A stretch of DNA of 64,000 bases from Lachnospiraceae bacterium (GTDB lineage Bacteria > Bacillota > Clostridia > Lachnospirales > Lachnospiraceae), in contig JAGDDE010000029.1 of NCBI GenBank assembly GCA_017958185.1, positions 29,972 to 93,971 on the forward strand, read 5' to 3'. This document shows positions 44,951-53,359 of the stretch, in pieces (within the stretch, counting starts at the first letter, position 1; each line of letters opens with the position of its first letter). The notes below the pieces were generated by a model. It was not told the origin of the DNA and did not search any database. It saw nothing but the letters and a program-made list of their open reading frames with translations. The translations under genes and the position numbers were made by a program.

Positions 44951-45604
44951 TCACCGGCACGCGAAGATATACTTTTCAAACAGTTCACGCGCCGTTTCCT
45001 CTCCGAAGAGTTTTTTGAACTGGTTGACCGCCGGTCCGCCGTTTCGGAACAGGCCGTCCACATACACGCGGGTCCGCGCTTTCTTTTCGGCCGGATCGGC
45101 ATCGTCTGCCCGCGCGGCCGCTTCGCGGTAAGCCTCCCAGTACTCCGCCGTGATCGTCTCTTTGAGCGTCTTCAGACTTTTATCCGAGGCGCCCAGCGTA
45201 AAATCGTAGCGGATACTGTCGTACCAGCGGGGCTCCGTCTTGAACGGCGGCAGATCCGCGTATCTCGCCTTCACGCGGCGGAAGCCCTCGGCCGAAGCCT
45301 CCGGCAGCGGCGCGATCATCGTATCGTAAAACTCCTCCAGTAGCGTGCAGCGGCCCGCGGCCCGGATAAAGTCGCCGCTGAACAGCGGCAGGTCCTTCGT
45401 TTCGGCTGTCAGGATGAAGCTCTCCATCTTCATGAGGCCCAGCATGGCCGACATCTCGATGACGCTCATCGAGCCAAAACCCCGGATCTCATACGAAGAG
45501 ATCACGAACTTCATGCCGTTCTTTTTCATGACGGCGAATCGTCCGGTATCGCGCGCAGCGACCGTATAGTCCGCGCGCAGCTTTTGAAGGATCAGGTCTT
45601 TCAT
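44951..45604 (-). CDS. Hypothetical soluble protein; possible ferredoxin-dependent bilin reductase-like fold (tentative)
   Basis: 217-aa ORF whose start overlaps the upstream stop by 4 nt. ..KDLPLFSGDFIRAAG.. and C-terminal ..FKKLFGEETARELFEKYIF resemble remembered PcyA motifs. The CDS call is firm; the function is not. Confidence 0.7.
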   Translation of the reverse strand: MKDLILQKLRADYTVAARDTGRFAVMKKNGMKFVISSYEIRGFGSMSVIEMSAMLGLMKMESFILTAETKDLPLFSGDFIRAAGRCTLLEEFYDTMIAPLPEASAEGFRRVKARYADLPPFKTEPRWYDSIRYDFTLGASDKSLKTLKETITAEYWEAYREAAARADDADPAEKKARTRVYVDGLFRNGGPAVNQFKKLFGEETARELFEKYIFACR

Positions 45605-46191
45605 TTCGCGGCGATCTCCTTTGCGGCGATCAGCAGGGCGGTCTGTCCCAGGATATTCACGCCCTCGCCGACCCAGTTCATATACGCCTGGCTGAAGTCT
45701 CTGGAAGAAAGGTAGCCCATCACCAGCATGAAGATGAAAGCGACCCAGAACAGCACAGCCGCCCGCGTCTTTTTCTGACGGGCCGCCCAGATGCCCAGAC
45801 CACCGCAGAAGCCGAGGCAGCCGAGCACCATAAGGACGACGAAGATCATCGTGCCGGAAAAGACCGCCGGGACCGCGGCCGCCCTCAGCGTCTCGCGGTC
45901 CTGCCGGAAATAGAGCAGCGCTGCCACCGCGATCCCGGCCAGCAGGAATCCGACGGACTGCATGGGGAAGAAACTCTGGTTGAGCCGCTCAAAATCGCAG
46001 ATGCCCGCGCCGTAGAGCAGCTTCCAGGTGGCTTTCATGAGACCGGCGGCAATGATCATGACCGTGCCGGCGGACAGCAGGGCAAAGGCGCCCTTGCTCA
46101 TCTTCTCGTACAGGGTCCGCTGGATCAGCACGGCCGAAACGGCAAACAGGATGACGGGGATATAATCCACCAGAGCCATGGGGACGGACAT
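45601..46191 (-). CDS. Integral membrane protein of unknown function
   Basis: 196-aa ORF with 5-6 hydrophobic segments. Its start lies 1 nt after the upstream stop. Confidence 0.7.
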   Translation of the reverse strand: MSVPMALVDYIPVILFAVSAVLIQRTLYEKMSKGAFALLSAGTVMIIAAGLMKATWKLLYGAGICDFERLNQSFFPMQSVGFLLAGIAVAALLYFRQDRETLRAAAVPAVFSGTMIFVVLMVLGCLGFCGGLGIWAARQKKTRAAVLFWVAFIFMLVMGYLSSRDFSQAYMNWVGEGVNILGQTALLIAAKEIAAK

Positions 46192-46192
46192 C

Positions 46193-46996
46193 TTATTTTC
46201 CTGCCTTTTCTTCCTTCACCAGATGGTACACCGGGATGAACGGGAACAGGATGGGCGTCTTTTCCACATAGGCGCGGTATTCCGGAAGATCCCCGTAGTT
46301 TTTGTTCTGGCGTTTTTCCAGACGCTGGGCACCGCTCACCATGATAAAGAAGATGGTGATGTAGCCCAGGACGGCAATGAGCCACTGCCAGCCCTGCAGG
46401 ATGCCCGTGCCCGAAACGAATACGCCGGTCCAGAAAGTGATCTCGCCGAAATAATTGGGGCAGCGGCTGAACTTGTACAGTCCTTCCATCGCCGGACGGC
46501 CGGGATCTTTCTTTTTGGCGTCGCTCTTCTGCTTGTCGGCCAGCGCCTCGAGGAAGATGCCGGCCGCCATGATCACCGCGCCGATCCAGGCCGTGATCTG
46601 GCCGCCGTCCGGAGCCGTCGCTTCGCGGTACCATACCGGCGAGGTCTGCACCACATACAGGACAGCCATGAAGATCCACATGACGAGCATCACCGGGAAC
46701 GGCACGGGCTTGCCGGTCTGCGCCTGCAGCGTTTTGCGGTAGGCCGCGCTCCTGATCTCGCGGATCAGCAGGAAGCCACCCAGACGGATGCCGTAGAGGA
46801 GCAGCAGCAGGCAGAGGACAGCCATGACGACGGTCAGGTCTCCGCGCACCAGGCCGATCACGGCGATGGTCACGCCGATGCCGGCCACAGCCAGTCCGTA
46901 ACCGACGGACATGAAGTAGACGAACTTATAGAAGCCGATCGCGCACAGAGCGGCGGAAACGATCAGCAGCACCCAGGTAAGGGGAGGAAATACCAT
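46193..46996 (-). CDS. DUF1295-type membrane protein (steroid 5-alpha-reductase / ICMT-like superfamily)
   Basis: Polytopic, with ..KFSRCPNYFGEITFWTGVF.. matching the remembered RHPNYxGE signature. Confidence 0.8.
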   Translation of the reverse strand: MVFPPLTWVLLIVSAALCAIGFYKFVYFMSVGYGLAVAGIGVTIAVIGLVRGDLTVVMAVLCLLLLLYGIRLGGFLLIREIRSAAYRKTLQAQTGKPVPFPVMLVMWIFMAVLYVVQTSPVWYREATAPDGGQITAWIGAVIMAAGIFLEALADKQKSDAKKKDPGRPAMEGLYKFSRCPNYFGEITFWTGVFVSGTGILQGWQWLIAVLGYITIFFIMVSGAQRLEKRQNKNYGDLPEYRAYVEKTPILFPFIPVYHLVKEEKAGK

Positions 46997-47012
46997 GACC
47001 GATCACCTCTCT

Positions 47013-47858
47013 TTATTTTTTATAGCAGTTCTTGATGTACTCGGCAAAACTGTGATCGCCTACGATCGTATCGCCCACCATCTCCTCGGTCAGCGTCCAC
47101 TTGGAGAACTTGATGATGGCTTCCTTGCCGTTCTTTTTCAGCTTGTTGACCCAGGCCAGCACGTCGAAGAGCCAGGTCGGCGCATAGCTGATATTCGGCT
47201 CTTTGCCGGCTGCCGCAAAGAACATCTTCGCCAGTTCTTCATAGGAGTAGGTCTCCTTGCCGCCCACGTCGTACATCTTGTTGTCGTCGCACATGTGCTC
47301 CACGATGAAATCGGCAAAGTCGGGCGTATCCACCACGTTCGCGTGCACGGGCTTCTTGCCCAGCAGCGTGACTTTTCCCTTCTCGACCATGGGCATGAAC
47401 ACCTTGGCGATGTCGTAGAAATAGCCGGTCGGTCGGAAAATGACCCACTTCATGCCGCTTTCCTTCAGATATGCCTCCAGTTTGGCCTTGGCGTCCAGCA
47501 TGGGCACGTCAGGGGCTTTGTCGGCCTTCAGCACAGACACGTACGCAAAATGCTTCACGCCTGCCGACACCGCTTCGTCGACCAGGTTTTTGTTGGCGCC
47601 CCAGTCGATATCATAGTTGGTCAGGGTGGCGCTGGTACGGGTCAGGCCCACCGTGGTGATCACGACGTCGGCACCGTCGCAGAGGCCTTTTAAGGCTTCG
47701 CGGTCGGTCATGTCGATCTTGACCGGCGTAAAGCCCGTGCAGCCCTCCAGCTCACGGATGACCATATCGCCGGCGATCACATTGTGTCCGGCGCGGACCA
47801 GACTGCGAAGGATGTCTTCTCCCAGATGCCCGAAGGCACCCGCCAGTACTACTTTCAT
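47013..47858 (-). CDS. NmrA-like / atypical SDR NAD(P)-binding protein
   Basis: MKVVLAGAFGHLGEDIL Rossmann motif; 281 aa. Confidence 0.85.
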   Translation of the reverse strand: MKVVLAGAFGHLGEDILRSLVRAGHNVIAGDMVIRELEGCTGFTPVKIDMTDREALKGLCDGADVVITTVGLTRTSATLTNYDIDWGANKNLVDEAVSAGVKHFAYVSVLKADKAPDVPMLDAKAKLEAYLKESGMKWVIFRPTGYFYDIAKVFMPMVEKGKVTLLGKKPVHANVVDTPDFADFIVEHMCDDNKMYDVGGKETYSYEELAKMFFAAAGKEPNISYAPTWLFDVLAWVNKLKKNGKEAIIKFSKWTLTEEMVGDTIVGDHSFAEYIKNCYKK

Positions 47859-47923
47859 GTCAGCTCCTTTCGAGGGAGGCCCTGCAGGCCTTCCTCTCTC
47901 CTTATGATAGTTTTTTGGTGCTC

Positions 47924-48859
47924 TTATTTATTTTTTTCCTTGGCTCTCTTGTCGTTGATGATATCCATGTGCTCGGCCGTGATCAGGGTCACGCCGTGCT
48001 CTTTCGCCCAGGATACGCAGCCCTTGAGTGCTACCGGCAGGAAAATGCGCGGCACGTTGACCAGCTTGGCGCAGGCCTCTTCCGTAAACTTGATGTCCGG
48101 GTCGATGCGGTCGGCCGCATACTGAACGCTGCTGACGGTCGTCGCACGGACAGGCAGCAGTTCGGGGATCGCACCCGAGAAGTTTCCGAAGCCCGGGAAG
48201 CGGGTGTACCAGAAATTCTTGGAATCACGGTAGCCGTAATCGACCGGCACTTTGGGGAAGTCCGCGGCCGTCACACCGTTGATGATGGCATTGTAGTATT
48301 TTTCTTTCATGAGGATCTTGTCGACCCGCAGGATAAAGGCCGCGCCGAACTTGGAAATGATCCCGTTGAAATCATGGTACGGCGGCTCATAGCCCTCCAG
48401 ATGGCCGGGCTCGTCGCGGTCTGCCCCGTCCAGATGGCGCATCCAGGTGCACTCGATGACCTGGAAGGCTTCCCGAACCACCAGCGGGCGCTTCTCCTCG
48501 CCGCCGGCCAGTCCCTCTTCCAGGGTGAACTTGCAGTTCTTCATCTTTTCCGCCGGGGTATCGCCCGGCCAGCCCAGACGCACAGCTTCCTTGAAATACT
48601 TCCGGTCGTCGGGGATGAAGTTGATGGCGCATTTGCCCGTCCGCAGGATATGCTGGGCCGTATTGGACGAGTTGCGGCAGTTGAGGAGCATGGCATAATA
48701 CTCTTTGCCGGCCACGTAATACGGCTGGACGAGGCTGTAAGGCCCCAGGCTCGTGCTGCCGTCCGGCGCCAGGGTGCTGATCAGCACTGTGGGCATGGGA
48801 AAGAACAGGGACGTCTGATAAAAGTTGTCCACGATCCGCAGATCTTTGAAGCTACTCAT
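47924..48859 (-). CDS. Flavin-reductase-like split-barrel protein with an extra C-terminal domain
   Basis: Trimmed to ATG 48859 (AAAGGAGGAAAT RBS). ..FPMPTVLISTLAPDGSTSLGPYS.. resembles the Flavin_Reduct N-terminus. About 150 further residues are of unknown fold. Confidence 0.7.
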   Translation of the reverse strand: MSSFKDLRIVDNFYQTSLFFPMPTVLISTLAPDGSTSLGPYSLVQPYYVAGKEYYAMLLNCRNSSNTAQHILRTGKCAINFIPDDRKYFKEAVRLGWPGDTPAEKMKNCKFTLEEGLAGGEEKRPLVVREAFQVIECTWMRHLDGADRDEPGHLEGYEPPYHDFNGIISKFGAAFILRVDKILMKEKYYNAIINGVTAADFPKVPVDYGYRDSKNFWYTRFPGFGNFSGAIPELLPVRATTVSSVQYAADRIDPDIKFTEEACAKLVNVPRIFLPVALKGCVSWAKEHGVTLITAEHMDIINDKRAKEKNK

Positions 48860-48903
48860 ATTTCCTCCTTTGACGGCAGGCCCGCCTGCCGGTTGATTCG
48901 TTT

Positions 48904-49431
48904 TCACGAAAGCAGTTTTTCCACCGCTTCCTTCAGATCTTCATAGCGGCTGTGCCCGTCGGAGCCGAAGCGAAGCAGCAGTTCGGCCAAAAACGGCGCG
49001 AGCCAGGGCTCAGTCTGGGTATTTTCCGCCTGAAACGCCTGGGTCAGATACCCGGCAAACTGTTTCACCAGTACGTCATGGTACCGTACCCGCATGGACT
49101 CGGCCGTTTTGTGATCCTCATACTGGGCCCAGGACAGGGAATAGCGCTCTGTAAAGGTACGGACCATTTCAAATAACGCTGCCAGCTTGCTGCGGACGTC
49201 CATCCCCTCCGAGCGCGCCTCAAACCCGCGGGACAGTTCCTGCCAGTCTTCGAGCATGACTCCCGCCGCCAGATACTCTTTGGAGGGAAAATAATTGTAG
49301 ACCGTCCCCAGCGCGATGCCCAGCGCCCCGGCCACACGCCGCAGCGTCATGCCGCGGTATCCGTCCGCCAGTAATTCCTTTCGGGCTTCCGCCAGCGCAT
49401 TTTCCCGTATGTTTTCAATGATTTTCGGCAT
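48904..49431 (-). CDS. TetR/AcrR-family transcriptional regulator
   Basis: Trimmed to ATG 49431 (AGAGGAAC RBS). HTH MTLRRVAGALGIALGTVYNYFPSKEYL. Confidence 0.85.
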   Translation of the reverse strand: MPKIIENIRENALAEARKELLADGYRGMTLRRVAGALGIALGTVYNYFPSKEYLAAGVMLEDWQELSRGFEARSEGMDVRSKLAALFEMVRTFTERYSLSWAQYEDHKTAESMRVRYHDVLVKQFAGYLTQAFQAENTQTEPWLAPFLAELLLRFGSDGHSRYEDLKEAVEKLLS

Positions 49432-49599
49432 AAGCGTTCCTCTTTTCGTTCTTCCTGTTCGCCGGAAAAGGCGTTCTGTCCCGGCAGCCGTCTGTATCAT
49501 CTTTTCTAAATGAACGCGTTCATATAAACAGTATACGCGGCCGTTAACTTTTTGTCAACTGTTTTCGGTGAAAAAGCGGCTCCTGTAAGAAAATGCCAA

Positions 49600-49632
49600 G
49601 AGGGCGGCACTTCGTAAGGAAGTACCGCCCTC
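49600..49632 (-). terminator. GC-clamped hairpin / terminator after the 171-aa gene
   Basis: GAGGGCGGCACTTC-GTAA-GGAAGTACCGCCCTC. On the minus strand it is followed by TTGGCATTTTCTT. Confidence 0.6.
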
Positions 49633-49686
49633 GGATTATTTGTCAGCCGGAGTGATCAACATGCAGGCGCGCTCAAATCACTTGAT

Positions 49687-50202
49687 TCAGAATGATTCAG
49701 GCCATTCTATCGTCACCGGAACAACGAATTCCGTATCCGAAAAAGAGAATGTCAATGTATACTCTCCGTTAGGGATCGGGGCATCGTAAACATACAGATA
49801 TGTAAAGACTTCGTCTTTTTTCATAATATAGGCATATGGATCGTGCGAATTGCGATCCCTGGCGTCACCTTTTTCCCCTTTGACCTCATGCTGTCTGTAG
49901 ATATTCCCCTGGCTGTCTTTAAGAACGGCCGTAATTCCCATAGGATAACCTGCTTCCTCCCAATTATAATCTCCGCCTGTGTTCTTTACACTTACGTGAA
50001 TAAAAACTACGGAGCCGCTATCGCCAAATTGATAGTTGTCTGCAGGATACGACCTATAAGAAACACTACATGAATCAAATTCAAACTTTGGCGGCTCAGT
50101 GCTCCGACCTGTTTTCGAAATCAGAAACCATGTAAGCAGAACAGCCAGAATCGTCAGGATCGTTCCTGCTGTGATCAAAGATGTTTTAGTCGTAGTAGTC
50201 AT
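49687..50202 (-). CDS. Membrane-anchored beta-sandwich-like protein (DUF4352-like, tentative)
   Basis: Low-GC ORF trimmed to ATG 50202 (AAAGGGGAGAG RBS). N-terminal TM helix followed by a beta-rich domain. Confidence 0.7.
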   Translation of the reverse strand: MTTTTKTSLITAGTILTILAVLLTWFLISKTGRSTEPPKFEFDSCSVSYRSYPADNYQFGDSGSVVFIHVSVKNTGGDYNWEEAGYPMGITAVLKDSQGNIYRQHEVKGEKGDARDRNSHDPYAYIMKKDEVFTYLYVYDAPIPNGEYTLTFSFSDTEFVVPVTIEWPESF

Positions 50203-50275
50203 CTTATTCTCTCCCCTTTTGTCATTGTTTTTTGGGGTTTTGTTGCTTACGCATTGTACAAATAGGAACACTTTA

Positions 50276-50304
50276 AGTATAAAGGATTACCTGCTAATTG
50301 TCAA
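50276..50304 (-). promoter_or_regulatory. Sigma-A-like promoter of the 171-aa gene
   Basis: Minus strand reads TTGACA - 17 nt - TATACT. Confidence 0.65.
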
Positions 50305-50692
50305 CGGTAACGTCTTATAATGGTGAAAAATAGAATTGAGCCAAGTGCCCGCCTCAGGTGCACTGGTCAACCAAAAGTAGACACTGTTTTCCTCCAGTTA
50401 CGCACTTCATCTCAACTGAAATACTCTTTATACTGCTTGGGCGTCAGGTAGACATCTATTACAGCGGTGTCGGCATCATCTGGATTCTTACACCAGAGGA
50501 CATGGAGAAAGAGTTCCGTGAGAGCCTGACGGCTAAGGTCAGTAACAAAGATGGATCGGTGTAACCGTTACGATCACACTGAGATCTGAGAAACACCAAT
50601 AATTTCACATACAAAATCAGCTCGGGGCAACTTCCTTACGAAGGATGCCCCTAGGGCGGCCCATTTCAGTAAAGCCTTCCGTCCCGGCAGGT

Positions 50693-50718
50693 ATGAAAAA
50701 ACCGGCCTGAAGGCCGGT
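50693..50718 (-). terminator. Intrinsic terminator after larE
   Basis: Minus strand ACCGGCC-TTCA-GGCCGGT followed by TTTTTTC. Confidence 0.7.
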
Positions 50719-50725
50719 CAAAAGA

Positions 50726-51658
50726 TCACGGTTCCGGCAGCTGCCGGTTGTTCTCTCCGCGGATCGTTTCGTTCATGCTTCCGAGGCGGTACCCCCGCAG
50801 ATCCAGTGTGATGAACGCAAAGCCTATCCGGCGGAATTCTTCCCACAGGACTTCCCGGAATCCGCCCGCCGCGATCCGTGGGATATCGCCGGCCGGCACT
50901 TCGATCCGGGCCAGTTTCCCGTGCATCCGGACCCGTTCTTCCAAAAAGCCGTGATCGATCAGGAACTGCTCCGCCCGCTCGACCATACGGAGCTTTTCTT
51001 CCGTGATCTCCTCCCCGTATACGAAGCGGGACGCCAGACAGGCGTAGGATGGCTTGTTCCAGGTGGGCAGGCCCATGGCTCTCGACAGCTGCCGGATCTC
51101 GTCTTTATACAGTCCCGCTTCCCGCAGGGGACTGGTCACGGACAACTCTTCCACGGCACGCAGACCGGGACGGTAATCGCCCAGATCATCCATATTGGAG
51201 CCTTCCGCCACGTATTCGATCCCGTACTCGCGGGCGGTCTTCCTGATCTCGGCAAAGATCGCCTTTTTACAGTAGTAGCAGCGCTCGGGGAGATTTTTGC
51301 GGAACGCTTCGATCCTGAGCGGGTCGATGCGGCAGATGACCTGCCGGATGCCCCGGCTGCGGCAGAATTCTTCCGCTTCCTTCAGTTCCCGTGCGGGAAC
51401 GGCGGAAACGGCCGCCGTAATCGCCAGCGCCCGGCTGCCCAGTACTTCCTGTGCCGCCGCAAGCAGAAACGTGGAGTCCACGCCGCCGGAAAACCCGACC
51501 GCCAGCGACCCGAGCGAGCGCAGGTACGCTTTCAGACGTTCCATTTTCTCCTCGGCAACGGGAGAAACGACTGCCCCCTGCCCGGATGCAGCGGCATCGG
51601 ATGCCGGCATGCAAGATGCTGCCGGCTGTCTGTTTTTCCTGTAGTTCCTGTCTTCCAT
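50726..51658 (-). CDS. larE: ATP-dependent sacrificial sulfur transferase LarE-like (PP-loop ATP pyrophosphatase)
   Basis: PP-loop VGFSGGVDS. ..YACLASRF.. and the C-terminal ..ITLDLRGYR.. are as remembered for LarE. ATG 51658 (AGGAGG RBS); ATG 51544 is an alternative start. Confidence 0.8.
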   Translation of the reverse strand: MEDRNYRKNRQPAASCMPASDAAASGQGAVVSPVAEEKMERLKAYLRSLGSLAVGFSGGVDSTFLLAAAQEVLGSRALAITAAVSAVPARELKEAEEFCRSRGIRQVICRIDPLRIEAFRKNLPERCYYCKKAIFAEIRKTAREYGIEYVAEGSNMDDLGDYRPGLRAVEELSVTSPLREAGLYKDEIRQLSRAMGLPTWNKPSYACLASRFVYGEEITEEKLRMVERAEQFLIDHGFLEERVRMHGKLARIEVPAGDIPRIAAGGFREVLWEEFRRIGFAFITLDLRGYRLGSMNETIRGENNRQLPEP

Positions 51659-51820
51659 GCGGTCTCTCCTCCTCTGCACGCGCGGCGGTACACTGTTACT
51701 ATAGCCCGCGGGCACCGTTTGTCAAGCATTTTCCCTACTGAAATACTGGGCATTCAGGAGGAAACAGGGCCGAAACCTCTCTTTTTCCCCTCATCCGGCC
51801 TTTTTTTGGCAAATTTCCTC

Positions 51821-51865
51821 TTTACAATCCTTGTTTTTTCAGTATAATTGCATACATGTATACAT
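51821..51865 (+). promoter_or_regulatory. Promoter (TTTACA-16-TATAAT) plus overlapping palindromes ATACATGTATACAT
   Basis: -35 at 51821-51826 and -10 at 51843-51848. ATACATGTAT (51852-51861) and ATGTATACAT (51856-51865) are both perfect palindromes near the predicted start site, making them a candidate operator for the GntR encoded in the operon. Confidence 0.55.
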
Positions 51866-51965
51866 TGTCGACCGGTGTTGGCGGAACACGCTTTCTGCAA
51901 GGCCCCGCAAGTCCCCGTCCTGCTCCTCTCTTTGGGAGGAGCGCGCCTTTTCGAGAGGTTCCTAT

Positions 51966-53344
51966 ATGTTAGAGATTTCCAAGAAAACCAATCTGCTGGA
52001 AGAAAACCAGTACAAATACTCGCTGCAGGACATCCCGGATCCCAATCTCTTCCGGGACGTTTACAGCTACGAGGAAGTGCCCAAATCGCCTTCAACCACC
52101 GCCGCGTGCCCATGAATATGCCCGAAGAGGTCTGGATCACCGATACCACCTTCCGCGACGGACAGCAGTCCATCAACCCCTATACCGTACAGCAGATCGT
52201 CGATCTCTACAAACTCATGTCCCGGCTGGGCGGCCCTTACGGGATCATCCGCCAGACGGAGTTCTTCGTCTACAGCGAACGCGATCGCGAGGCCATCCGC
52301 CGCTGTCAGGATCTGGGACTGCGCTTCCCGGAGATCACTTCCTGGATCCGCGCCTCCCGCGAGGATTTCAAGCTCGTCAGGGATCTGGGCATCCGCGAGA
52401 CCGGCATCCTGGTCTCCTGTTCGGACTATCATATCTTCAAGAAACTCAAGATGACCCGCAAACAGGCCATGGATCAGTATCTGGCCACCGTTGCCGACGC
52501 CTTTGACGCGGGCGTCATGCCGCGCTGCCACCTGGAAGACATCACCCGCGCCGACTTTTACGGATTCGTCGTTCCTTTCGTCAACGAGCTCATGCGCATG
52601 TCGCGGGAGGCCGGCATCCCGGTCCGCATCCGCGCCTGCGATACCATGGGCTACGGCGTCCCGTATGCCGAAGTCGCGCTGCCCCGCTCGGTGCCGGGCA
52701 TCATCTACGGCCTGCAGCAGTTCTCCGACGTGGAGAGCGAGATGCTGGAGTGGCACGGCCACAACGACTTCTACAAGGCCGTAGCCAACGCCGCGACCGC
52801 CTGGCTGTACGGCGCCTGCGCCGTCAACTGCACGCTGCTGGGCATCGGCGAGCGCACCGGCAACGTGCCGCTGGAGGCCATGGTCTTTGAATATGCCTCG
52901 CTGCGCGGTTCGCTGGACGGCATGGATCCGACCGTGATCACGGAGATCGGCGAATACTACCGCCGCGAGATCGGATATAAGATCCCGCCCATGACGCCCT
53001 TCGTCGGCAAAAGTTTCAACATGACCCGTGCCGGGATCCATGCGGACGGCCTGCTGAAGGACGAAGAGATCTACAACATCTTCGACACGGACAAGCTGCT
53101 GAACCGCCCCGCCCGTGTCATGGTCAATAAGAATTCCGGTCTGGCCGGCATCGCCTACTGGATCAATCAGAACTATCGCCTGAAGGGGGAGGAGCAGATC
53201 GACAAAAAAGATCCGCTGGTCCTGAAGATCAAGGCCTGGGTCGACAGGGAATACGAAGCCGGCCGCACCGCCACCCTTTCTTCGGAGGAACTCGAAGAAA
53301 AAGTCGAGGAATACTCCGAAGGCAAATACCAACGGCAGTCATAA
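51966..53344 (+). CDS. Re-citrate synthase-like enzyme (homocitrate/isopropylmalate synthase family), apparent -1 frameshift near codon 40
   Basis: ATG 51966 (GAGAGG RBS) gives MLEISKKTNLLEENQYKYSLQDIPDPNLFRDVYSYEEVPK. At AAA 52083-52085 the reading continues in another frame as IAFNHRRVPMNMPEEVWITDTTFRDGQQ... The HMGL-like barrel is intact. Context is aconitase plus IDH. Confidence 0.8.
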
Positions 53345-53359
53345 CGCAGGAGAAGAACC

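Noticed and set aside
50358-50564. 68-aa plus-strand ORF in the low-GC cassette.
   Set aside because: It has no RBS. The opposite strand shows a more protein-like but start-less reading frame ending at 50411, so the region looks like a pseudogene remnant rather than a live gene.
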